A stretch of 37,703 nucleotides of DNA, filler included, from Candidatus Woesearchaeota archaeon (GTDB taxonomy: Archaea > Nanobdellota > Nanobdellia > Woesearchaeales > ARS49): NCBI GenBank assembly GCA_016188265.1. It is 2 parts of 2 records of this genome, joined end to end, with 100 filler letters (N's around TTAATTAATTAA, not from the genome) between each part and the next. Parts side by side here need not be neighbours in the genome. Positions count along the whole stretch, not along the records: positions 1 to 29,916 come from JACPID010000022.1; 1 more part is not named here. One strand, written 5' to 3'. The notes below the pieces were generated by a model that was given only the letters and a program-made list of their open reading frames with translations, did no database searches and was not told where the DNA came from. Below, piece after piece: positions 1 to 7,498 of the stretch. The first letter of the stretch is position 1. Every line of letters begins with the position of its first letter. The position numbers and the translations under genes are program-made.

Positions 1-140
1 TCGATTGAATCTTGGTGTGCTCAAGCACTAGAAAATCAAAGATTTTCTGTGCACAGAAAATGCGTTGCATTTTCTTGTGAACCACCGGATGCTGAAACCG
101 AAGTTTCATGCCACTGGTCTATTGACCAGTGGTTCTTGAC
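1..140 (+). mobile_element. Multi-hairpin MITE/REP-like element, copy 1 (5' part lies outside the window)
   Basis: 7-140 matches the reverse complement of 34058-34191 with 5 mismatches. Stacked hairpins GTGCTCAAGCAC, AGAAAATC-AAA-GATTTTCT, AGAAAATGC-GTT-GCATTTTCT, CCACTGGTC-TATT-GACCAGTGG; ends GGTTCTTGAC. Confidence 0.8.
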
Positions 141-336
141 ACTTGATAATCGCGAAAGGATGCGTATTGAGAAAAAATTGGCAAAGTTAAAAGAAGACCC
201 ATATCAAGGGAAGCCTCTGGGCTATGACTGGTTCAGTGAACTGAAATTAAATGATAAAAGAGTTTATTTTCTTATTTATGAAAAAACTCAAAAAAATAGG
301 TCTTGTTGCAATCAGTCAGTAGTCATACAGCATTAA
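141..336 (+). pseudogene. RelE/ParE-family toxin, disrupted
   Basis: LDNRERMRIEKKLAKLKEDPYQGKPLGYDWFSELKLNDKRVYFLIYE is RelE-like. The N-terminus of ORF 49..336 is element sequence; the likely C-terminus (KIGLVAIS) is in another frame after the A-run at 281-286 and then stops. Confidence 0.65.
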
Positions 337-421
337 TAGCTAAACTATTATTTAAAACTTAGCTTTCTATAATTTAAGGCGAGGATTATTACAAATTGCT
401 GTAAATCGATATAAGGAAAAA

Positions 422-560
422 CGCCGGCGCCAGGACTTTCATTAGTAACATTGTTTTTGCAACAATGAAAAACTATTTTTGAACCTGGAGGCCCTTACGG
501 ACGGCAGTTAGCTCGGATTTATTTCGAGACTGCTGCCTTACCAGATTAGGCTACGCCGGC
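422..560 (-). tRNA. tRNA-Ser(CGA) with two introns (13 nt at 37/38, 510-522; 42 nt at 59/60, 436-477)
   Basis: Acceptor GCCGGCG/CGCCGGC, anticodon stem GCAGT/ACTGC with CGA, long variable arm, T stem CCAGG/CCTGG; BHB-like junctions (CTCG/CGAG and TTCA/TGAA helices with 3-nt bulges). Confidence 0.92.
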
Positions 561-659
561 AAATATTAACTACTAATCTTACCATTATCTGCAAACAACA
601 GACCACTAACTATACTTACCATTATATTTTTATACTGTTTAAGAATTTTTCTCTCATAC

Positions 660-734
660 GGCGGAGTAGCTCAGCCTCGTTAGAGCGCATCGCTCATAAC
701 GATGAGGTCGCGAGTGCAAATCTCGCCTCCGCCA
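660..734 (+). tRNA. tRNA with CAT anticodon, probably elongator Met
   Basis: GGCGGAG/CTCCGCC acceptor, CATCG-CTCATAA-CGATG anticodon arm, GCGAG-TGCAAAT-CTCGC T arm. Confidence 0.9.
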
Positions 735-844
735 TTAATATGATATTTATACGAATAGTGTGTTTATGATGTTGTTGATATGAGTTTTGTGGGACTGAAC
801 AAAGTGAAGTCGCACACTTTCTCCCAGGTCTTTGGTAAAGACCT

Positions 845-866
845 GTGCAGAATTTCGCCTCCGCCA
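845..866 (+). repeat. Duplicated 3' end of tRNA(CAT), att-like
   Basis: GTGCAGAATTTCGCCTCCGCCA versus GTGCAAATCTCGCCTCCGCCA at 714-734. Confidence 0.75.
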
Positions 867-885
867 CTTATAATAAAAATCATAC

Positions 886-958
886 AGCCCTGTAGTATAG
901 TGGTTAAGTATGTCAGGCTCTGGCCCTGAAGACCTCGGTTCGAATCCGAGCAGGGCTA
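886..958 (+). tRNA. tRNA-Gln(CTG)
   Basis: AGCCCTG/CAGGGCT acceptor, TCAGG-CTCTGGC-CCTGA anticodon arm, TTCGAAT T loop. Confidence 0.95.
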
Positions 959-977
959 TAATTTATTTTATTTACTG

Positions 978-992
978 GAAAACTTTTTATAA
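978..992 (+). promoter_or_regulatory. BRE/TATA box for tRNA-Gln(TTG)
   Basis: GAAAACTTTTTATAA about 27 nt upstream of the tRNA. Confidence 0.55.
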
Positions 993-1018
993 TACTCAAT
1001 AATTTTACAGAATAACGC

Positions 1019-1125
1019 AGCCCCGTCGTATAGTGGTCAAGTATAGCGGACTTTGGCAGTTAAAAAAATAATTTTTAATAAACTGCAGAAATCCGTTGAC
1101 GGCGGTTCGAATCCGCCCGGGGCTA
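1019..1125 (+). tRNA. tRNA-Gln(TTG) with 34-nt intron at 37/38 (1057-1090)
   Basis: AGCCCCG/CGGGGCT acceptor, GCGGA-CTTTGG[intron]A-TCCGT anticodon arm, TTCGAAT T loop; relaxed BHB. Confidence 0.92.
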
Positions 1126-1178
1126 TTTACTATTAGTATACAATACACTTTTTATAATTTCTTCAAATCCTTAAAGAA

Positions 1179-2564
1179 ATGTTTGAAAATCATTATCATG
1201 AACAATTGCCAGAATCTGTTGAAGCTATTTTAGAATCTATTGATTGTGAACAGAGAAAAAAAAGTTTTTATGATCTTTTAAAAGAATTTAAAATTAAGTA
1301 TCATGGTGTTGTGATACCTACATCTTTTTTACCAAGAGTTATTCCATTAGAATATGCAAAAACTATTGACAAGACTGCGAAAACACTGACAAAAATCTTG
1401 CTTCGCACATTATACTGTGATGAAAATAAAGAGGTTTTATCAAATTCAGCTTTGAATCAGCATTTTATTAAAAATCATAAAGTACTTGATCATTTGCCAA
1501 AGTTTTTAATTGGCGGAGTAAGATATGATTTAGCTGTTGAAGGGCATTTACATAAAAACAACCCTCCAAAATTGTTAGAAGTAAACATGATTGATTATGG
1601 CGGTTGTGGCTGGATTCCCTATACGCAAAAAGCATTTTTAGAAATAGTTCCTGAATTACAGCCGTTGCTTTGGTATACTCATTTTGGCCACCATTTAGGA
1701 GAGTTGCTTAAAGAAAGAGCAAAAAAAATATTAATGGTTACTCCTGGTGAAACAGATGATTATTTAACTGCAAAAGATATTATGACTAAAGGAGTAGATG
1801 TTACTATTATTAATGATGAAACTTTTATCAGCGCAGTTCGCAAAAAAAAGCTCATTTGTTCTCAAAAAGGCATAGATTTGAAGAATCAACATTATGATTT
1901 TCTCCACATGAGAGGATTGAGCACTCCAGAAGATATGCAAAAATATGAAGATGTTATTCATACTCTAATCAAACAAGAAGTTCCTATTTGTGATCATTTT
2001 GCTACAGTTTTATTAGAAGATAAAGGGCTTGTTTTTGATCTGCAAGAAGTACTTCCTTTAATAACAAAAAGAAATGAAGATTATTTTCTTGAAAAAGTTT
2101 TCTTGAAAACAGAACGCCTTACACATAAACGAGCAAAAGAATTGCTTAAAGAAAAGTCTCTTGAAAAATTTGTGTTAAAGCACAGCAATAAACATTATAG
2201 TGAAGGGGTGTATTTTGATGCTAATATGAAGAAAAAATTGTTAAATCAAAATTTTACTCCAGCACTCTGGACAATTCAAGAAAAAGTAAAATTAAATGTA
2301 TGCTCTGTTGATGTTGTAGGTGATCGTGAAATAAAAGGTTGTAAAGAACGCATTAAAAACATGAAAGGTGAAGGTGTTGCAGATCTTGCTGTTTATGCAA
2401 TTTATGTTTGGGATGGTGTGGAGAAGAAATTACTTGCTTGTAAAACTGCTGGTTTGCTTTCCCGCTGTAATCCGCAAAGTTACAAAGTAAATGTTTCTTA
2501 CGGAGGATGCATTTTGCCTTTGTATGTGGAGAAAAGTATGGATTTATCTAAAATAGTGCACTAG
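1179..2564 (+). CDS. Circularly permuted ATP-grasp ligase (glutathione/glutathionylspermidine synthetase-like)
   Basis: RYD...PKLLEVN..YGG, FVLK...SEGVY, WTIQE and terminal R...KVNVSYGG motifs in permuted ATP-grasp order. Confidence 0.7.
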   Translation: MFENHYHEQLPESVEAILESIDCEQRKKSFYDLLKEFKIKYHGVVIPTSFLPRVIPLEYAKTIDKTAKTLTKILLRTLYCDENKEVLSNSALNQHFIKNHKVLDHLPKFLIGGVRYDLAVEGHLHKNNPPKLLEVNMIDYGGCGWIPYTQKAFLEIVPELQPLLWYTHFGHHLGELLKERAKKILMVTPGETDDYLTAKDIMTKGVDVTIINDETFISAVRKKKLICSQKGIDLKNQHYDFLHMRGLSTPEDMQKYEDVIHTLIKQEVPICDHFATVLLEDKGLVFDLQEVLPLITKRNEDYFLEKVFLKTERLTHKRAKELLKEKSLEKFVLKHSNKHYSEGVYFDANMKKKLLNQNFTPALWTIQEKVKLNVCSVDVVGDREIKGCKERIKNMKGEGVADLAVYAIYVWDGVEKKLLACKTAGLLSRCNPQSYKVNVSYGGCILPLYVEKSMDLSKIVH

Positions 2565-2592
2565 AGTGCTGTGTTTTAATCAACACGCGATT

Positions 2593-3036
2593 TTATCTTA
2601 AATTGAAAAGATAAAGATATGCTGCATAACCACTTGGCAGTGTTTCAGGAGGTTTTTCTAATGACGCATATTTTACAGCCATTTCTAAAAAGTATTTTGC
2701 ATGAAAGAAAGCTTCAAGAATAGGTCGTGTATGCAAAAGCCAGGCATTATTATGGCTCAAATCAAATTTTTTATTTGTTCCTTCTGCAATAATTTGTTTA
2801 AACAATGAATTTATTTCTCTTTCAGGAAGAAGTGATTGCAAGATATCTGAAATTCTCTTTGTTGTATCTTGAAGTTTGTAAACTTTAAAACTATTATGAT
2901 AGAATCTATAAACTGGATCTTCATAACCCCAATGACTATTGCATGCTTTAAGAAGTGTTTCAAGTTCTAGAAGCTTTTTCTTTGTATTATCTAATAGTTT
3001 TTGTTCTATTTTGCGTTTTTCATAAAAAAACTCCAT
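2593..3036 (-). CDS. Hypothetical protein
   Basis: 147-aa ORF, aromatic-rich segments (WGYEDPVYRFYH, EAFFHAKYF); no family recognised. Confidence 0.7.
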   Translation of the reverse strand: MEFFYEKRKIEQKLLDNTKKKLLELETLLKACNSHWGYEDPVYRFYHNSFKVYKLQDTTKRISDILQSLLPEREINSLFKQIIAEGTNKKFDLSHNNAWLLHTRPILEAFFHAKYFLEMAVKYASLEKPPETLPSGYAAYLYLFNLR

Positions 3037-3093
3037 AGTTTCATAATAAAAGAAAAGATTTAATAAACTTAATTAAAAAAACATTTTATTATT

Positions 3094-4185
3094 ATGAAAA
3101 TAACAAGCCAGAAATTATTTGACAAAGTTGTACAAACTATTGATAAAATTTCAAGTAAAGACAAAATTGCTATTTTTTATGATGGAGATAGTGATGGTAT
3201 TTGCGCATTCACGCTATTACGAAAAATACTTGAACGATTAAATAAGTCAATTGCAATAGTGTCTCATGAATTCCATGGCAATGTACAGTTTACTCAAAAA
3301 CATTTAACAGTGTGGAGAGAACAAGGGATCAGTCACATCATAACTCTCGACTTACCTGTTGATCATGTTAAAGAAAATTTTACTTTCTTAAAAGATTTCA
3401 AAACAATAATTATTGATCATCATCCTTCAAGAAACAAACCTGAAAAAAAAAATATTATTTTATTCAAGCCAGAATTTTTTACCGACATGGAAAATCCAAG
3501 TTTTTATTGCACAACAAAAATAGTTTATGATGTAATGAGCAAACTTGTAGATATCAATGATCTCACTTGGATTGCTCTAACAGGACTTATTGCAGATTAT
3601 TGCTGGAAAGATTGGGAAGCATTTTTGAAAGAAGGATTCAAAAAATATAAGATAGCTTGGAAAGATAACCTTTGGGAAACTGATATTGGCTTGCTTACAA
3701 AGCTTATCAGTGGTGCAGGAGCATTTGATGATAAAGGCGAAGCATTAAACAAATGTATTCAATCAATGTACAATGCAGAGAACTTGAAAGATGCATTACA
3801 AAAACTTGCTCAATTTAGCATTGTCAATGAAACTGTTCAAAACTATGTTGATCACTTTGAAGAACGTGCTGAAAAGCTTAATGATGATAAACTATTAATT
3901 CTTGAAGTAAAAACTCATTACAAGATTGTTTCACCTATTAGCACAGCAGTACACACTAGTGGAAAATTTCCTAAAAGTTTTATTCTGGTTATCCAAACAT
4001 CAGGTGAATTTGTTAAATTAAGTGCACGTACACCAGAACAATGGGATGCAAACAAGATTCTCCAAGAATGCGTCAAAGGATTTGAACAAGCAAACGGCGG
4101 AGGCCATGCAAGAGCTTCAGGAGGAAAAGTACTTAAAAAAGATTATCCTGAATTCAAGAAAAGATTGATTGAAATATTGAGATAA
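3094..4185 (+). CDS. DHH/DHHA1 phosphoesterase (RecJ-like)
   Basis: DGDSDG, ITLD, IIIDHH, IAD and GGGHARASGG motifs. Confidence 0.9.
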   Translation: MKITSQKLFDKVVQTIDKISSKDKIAIFYDGDSDGICAFTLLRKILERLNKSIAIVSHEFHGNVQFTQKHLTVWREQGISHIITLDLPVDHVKENFTFLKDFKTIIIDHHPSRNKPEKKNIILFKPEFFTDMENPSFYCTTKIVYDVMSKLVDINDLTWIALTGLIADYCWKDWEAFLKEGFKKYKIAWKDNLWETDIGLLTKLISGAGAFDDKGEALNKCIQSMYNAENLKDALQKLAQFSIVNETVQNYVDHFEERAEKLNDDKLLILEVKTHYKIVSPISTAVHTSGKFPKSFILVIQTSGEFVKLSARTPEQWDANKILQECVKGFEQANGGGHARASGGKVLKKDYPEFKKRLIEILR

Positions 4186-4262
4186 TTAAAATCTTTTATC
4201 TTTATCATATAACATTCATTCATGTTAAATGCAACAAGCTATGATTTAAAAGCAGAAATTAT

Positions 4263-5051
4263 TTAGTGGTTACAAGGAATTGTTCCAGCATTATTTGCCA
4301 ATATTCGTTCATAATTTCTGTGTTCAGAAACCTTAAAAATAGCATAAACACAACTTTCAGAACATGTTTTTTTTGATTTTAAAATAATGCGGACAGGTGA
4401 TTTTTTTGCTCCAAGATCAATCCAATCATTAGCAGTGCGTATCTCGTTTTTAGGGGGCTTTGTTAAATAACGAATAATAACTCTTAATTCTTCAATATTA
4501 AAATCATAATTTTTAAGCCTTTTTAGCGGATTAAATGCTCCTTGAACATTCCAAACTTTTTGAGCGCCAACACCAATTGATTTATCAAGAATAAAATCAC
4601 AAATTTGGTTAACACTTAATCCAGAATCAACAATATTTTCAGGTGTAAAAATATTATTTACAAAAAATTTTCTCAATTGCTTAAATGCAGATAATATTTC
4701 AAGAAGAATATTCTTTATTTTTTTCCAATTTATCATTTCTCTTCTATCTGCGGGTTCGTTTAATAAAATAATAATTTGATCTATAACCAGCTGTAAATCA
4801 TTCCAGACACTTTTAACCAGCACATTATCAAACTTAATAACAAAATTTATCCATTGAGCCTTATAATTTTCCCACAAATTAATCATACTTTCCTGATTAT
4901 ATATATTAGGCATATTAATTTTTAAAAGCTCATCAAGCAAATAATTCAAACTAGTTTCTTCTAGAACAACATTAAATTCTTTTATATTTAAAATTTTAGA
5001 ATATTTTGAAAGTTGTTTTGCTTCTTCAATAATCTTTTTTTTAAAATCCAC
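4263..5051 (-). CDS. Hypothetical protein, helical N-terminus, possible RelE/HigB-like C-terminal domain
   Basis: 262-aa ORF; C-terminal VRIIL...YAIFKVSEHRNYERIL resembles RelE/HigB ends. Confidence 0.55.
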   Translation of the reverse strand: MDFKKKIIEEAKQLSKYSKILNIKEFNVVLEETSLNYLLDELLKINMPNIYNQESMINLWENYKAQWINFVIKFDNVLVKSVWNDLQLVIDQIIILLNEPADRREMINWKKIKNILLEILSAFKQLRKFFVNNIFTPENIVDSGLSVNQICDFILDKSIGVGAQKVWNVQGAFNPLKRLKNYDFNIEELRVIIRYLTKPPKNEIRTANDWIDLGAKKSPVRIILKSKKTCSESCVYAIFKVSEHRNYERILANNAGTIPCNH

Positions 5052-5069
5052 AAAATCTTGCCTCTTTAA

Positions 5070-5336
5070 TCAAAATAATCCATCAAGCATGCTTACAACA
5101 TTGTACAATTGAGTTCTTGTATACGGCTCCATGTTAACATCTTCACCTAATTCTTCAAGAACAGCCATTGCTCTACTTTTAAGCAATGATAGTTCTGACT
5201 TTTTTTCAGATAATATTAATATTGTTTCATCAATTCTCAACTGAATATTTTTTGGAACAGATAAGTCATTTTTAAATTCCATTAATGCTTCTATAACAGA
5301 CAAGAAAGGTTGTTCTGATATTTTTTGCTGCGCCAT
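5070..5336 (-). CDS. UPF0147 family protein
   Basis: DLSVPKNI...LEELGEDVNMEPYTRTQLYNVVSMLD signature. Confidence 0.9.
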   Translation of the reverse strand: MAQQKISEQPFLSVIEALMEFKNDLSVPKNIQLRIDETILILSEKKSELSLLKSRAMAVLEELGEDVNMEPYTRTQLYNVVSMLDGLF

Positions 5337-5345
5337 TTTTTTTTT

Positions 5346-5663
5346 TTACTTTTTAAGTGATTGAAGAACTTCCTCTTGTAATTTTTGTGCTTGTTCTTTT
5401 AATTTTTTTTCTTGCTTTTCAAAAGCCTGAACTCTTAATTGTGATAATTCTTTTTTTTGAGAAAGATCTTTCTTAAGATCTTCAGAACTTGTTAAAACCA
5501 TGATGTTACCTACAATTTTATAAGCTTTTTCAGTAGAATTTATTTCTTTCAGTGCATTATCAATTTCAATAATTTGGCTTTGAAATTGCTGCTTTTGCGA
5601 CATAATTGACTGCATATTATGCTCTATAAGTTGTAACTGTTGAATCTTATCTTGATCAGCCAT
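5346..5663 (-). CDS. pfdB: Prefoldin subunit beta
   Basis: Coiled coil with AYKIVGNIMV hairpin; conserved position after rpl37ae-rpoP. Confidence 0.92.
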   Translation of the reverse strand: MADQDKIQQLQLIEHNMQSIMSQKQQFQSQIIEIDNALKEINSTEKAYKIVGNIMVLTSSEDLKKDLSQKKELSQLRVQAFEKQEKKLKEQAQKLQEEVLQSLKK

Positions 5664-5667
5664 ATTG

Positions 5668-5805
5668 CTAAACTGCTTTTATTTTTGTAATAGTTGAACG
5701 TGATTTATACAGAATTTTACTTCCGCAATAAGGACAGCGCACTCTTCTACCCATAATGTCTTCACTGATTTTTTTACTGCAAAGAAAACATGTATATTTT
5801 ACCAT
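5668..5805 (-). CDS. rpoP: RNA polymerase subunit P (Rpo12); not in the ORF track
   Basis: Translated by hand: MVKYTCFLCSKKISEDIMGRRVRCPYCGSKILYKSRSTITKIKAV; TAATG overlap with rpl37ae. Confidence 0.92.
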   Translation of the reverse strand: MVKYTCFLCSKKISEDIMGRRVRCPYCGSKILYKSRSTITKIKAV

Positions 5806-6104
5806 TATTCCTCACCTTCACTTTCTTCTTCAGTATTATCTTTACTTTTTACTAGCTCTTCTTCTTTAACTTCTTCAACAACTAACGGCATAACTGTATA
5901 AGCCTGGCCTGTGAATTTTGCCAAACACTTATTGCATTTAAAAATACCCATTGAAATTCTTTGTACTTGAAACTTGCTACAATATGGGCATTGTTGCGGC
6001 TTTTTTTGAAGTTTTTCAACTTGTGCAAATCTGAATTTAGTAGTAGTGCCATACCGCACTCCAAAACGCTTCACTGGTCCTAAACCCTTATCTTTTGCAG
6101 CCAT
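5805..6104 (-). CDS. rpl37ae: 50S ribosomal protein L37ae (eL43)
   Basis: RFGVRYG, CPYC...RISMGIFKCNKC..KFTGQAY; acidic C-terminal tail. Confidence 0.95.
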   Translation of the reverse strand: MAAKDKGLGPVKRFGVRYGTTTKFRFAQVEKLQKKPQQCPYCSKFQVQRISMGIFKCNKCLAKFTGQAYTVMPLVVEEVKEEELVKSKDNTEEESEGEE

Positions 6105-6206
6105 ATTATAATAGTAAAGCAGAGAACACCTCGGGGTTTTTAAAGCTTACTATAACTACAATTTCTCTGCGACTAATCAAATTTACATTTTTTCCAGCAA
6201 CACTAT

Positions 6207-6221
6207 AAAAAACTTTATAAA
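6207..6221 (+). promoter_or_regulatory. BRE/TATA box for rps6e (probably leaderless transcript)
   Basis: AAAAAACTTTATAAA ending 25 nt before ATG 6246. Confidence 0.55.
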
Positions 6222-6245
6222 TCAACCCATCACACCAATTCTATT

Positions 6246-6674
6246 ATGGCTAACTTTAAACTTGTAATAGGCCTAAAAGGTGGAAAATGTGTTCAGAAAG
6301 AGATTAAAGACCAGCACGCGCAAGTATTAATTGGAAAAAAAATAGGCGATTTAGTTAAAGGAGAAGAAATCGGCTTATCAGGTTATGAATTTATGATAAC
6401 TGGAGGAAGTGATTATTGTGGTTTTCCTATGAGAAAAGATGTTGTTGGCTTAACAAGAAAGCGCGTTCTTGCTGTTCGCGGAACAATTGGGCTTACTGGT
6501 TGGCGATCTTATAAAAAAAGAGGGAAAGTGCTTCATTACAGACTTGGAAAAGGAATACGCTATCGTAAAACAGTTTGCGGCAATGCAGTAAATGATAAAA
6601 CAGTTCAAATTAATCTTAAAGCAGTAAAAGAAGGAGTTGAACCAATAATTCATGAACCTTCTAAAAAAGAATAA
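6246..6674 (+). CDS. rps6e: 30S ribosomal protein S6e
   Basis: LIGKKIGD, GYEFMITGGSDYCGFPMRKDV, RKTVCGN, QINLK. Confidence 0.96.
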   Translation: MANFKLVIGLKGGKCVQKEIKDQHAQVLIGKKIGDLVKGEEIGLSGYEFMITGGSDYCGFPMRKDVVGLTRKRVLAVRGTIGLTGWRSYKKRGKVLHYRLGKGIRYRKTVCGNAVNDKTVQINLKAVKEGVEPIIHEPSKKE

Positions 6675-6687
6675 AGAGTTGAAAAAT

Positions 6688-7245
6688 ATGAAAACAGCAA
6701 TAACACTAATGTTCACTGTACTTCTTTTAACACTAGCAAGTTGCAGTGCAAAAAATAATGAGCAAGAATCAGCGCCTCTTTTTAAAGTACCTGAAAAATT
6801 ATTAGAGAACCAAACTGAAAAAGAAGAAAAAAGTGAAGAAAGAATTCTTCCTGTATTTGAAGAAAAACCTTTAGCAGAGTGCGCATTATTAACTAAAGAA
6901 GAAGGAAAAGAATGGTGCGGGTTAGAATATGAAGAATCTGAAGAAACAAGTGTTTCCTGCACACAAGTATTTAGAAATAAAACAGCGCTTCCTGTTGGCA
7001 TAGAACTACAAATTTGGAAAAAAGACTCAATTGCTGATGCTAAAGAAAAATTTGAAATGGACTTAGCAAAACTAAATGGCAAGCTTGTTGATAAAAAACT
7101 CCCGCTACAGTTCAAGGTTGAAGATCAAGTTAAAGAAATAACTGAATTTGTAAATAAAAAAAACGTTGTTAAAATAACTTCACTGCCTAAAAATAGTTGT
7201 GCAAACATTAATAAAGTTGTTTCAACACTAATTAAAAGAACATGA
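6688..7245 (+). CDS. Putative lipoprotein
   Basis: MKTAITLMFTVLLLTLASC lipobox signal; start moved from 6652 to 6688. Confidence 0.7.
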   Translation: MKTAITLMFTVLLLTLASCSAKNNEQESAPLFKVPEKLLENQTEKEEKSEERILPVFEEKPLAECALLTKEEGKEWCGLEYEESEETSVSCTQVFRNKTALPVGIELQIWKKDSIADAKEKFEMDLAKLNGKLVDKKLPLQFKVEDQVKEITEFVNKKNVVKITSLPKNSCANINKVVSTLIKRT

Positions 7246-7448
7246 ATGACTTGTTTGAAGCTTTTAGCAAAGCATATGTTAAAGCACTTGAAGCAACAGA
7301 AAAGAATAATTTTAGTTTAGCAAGAAAACAATACCTTCTAATGCTTCACTTTCATGAAAGAATACAAGCAATAAATTCAAAAACACACATTCTTGACATT
7401 ACCCACAATAATATAACTAAAGTTTTTTCTATGATTAATAAAACATAG
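7242..7448 (+). CDS. Small hypothetical protein
   Basis: 68 aa, ATGA overlap with the upstream gene. Confidence 0.55.
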   Translation: MNDLFEAFSKAYVKALEATEKNNFSLARKQYLLMLHFHERIQAINSKTHILDITHNNITKVFSMINKT

Positions 7449-7498
7449 CAATATTTATAAAGAAAAAAAAGCTTTTTTTAGTTAAAAGAGGGATTTAT

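Noticed and set aside
49..140. N-terminus of the 95-aa ORF
   Set aside because: It is translated repeat-element sequence, not RelE.
510..512. GCT in the tRNA-Ser intron as an alternative Ser anticodon
   Set aside because: It forms the helix end and bulge of the BHB; no splice pattern places it in a 7-nt loop.
578..625. Direct repeat CTTACCATTAT x2 between divergent tRNAs
   Set aside because: Only two 11-bp copies in AT-rich DNA; not a CRISPR array and no function can be supported.
6450..7115. 221-aa minus-strand ORF and similar antisense ORFs (10650-11087, 13256-13882, 22835-23254, 26650-27291, 27316-27657)
   Set aside because: Shadows of well-supported genes on the opposite strand, with Ser/Phe-rich antisense composition.
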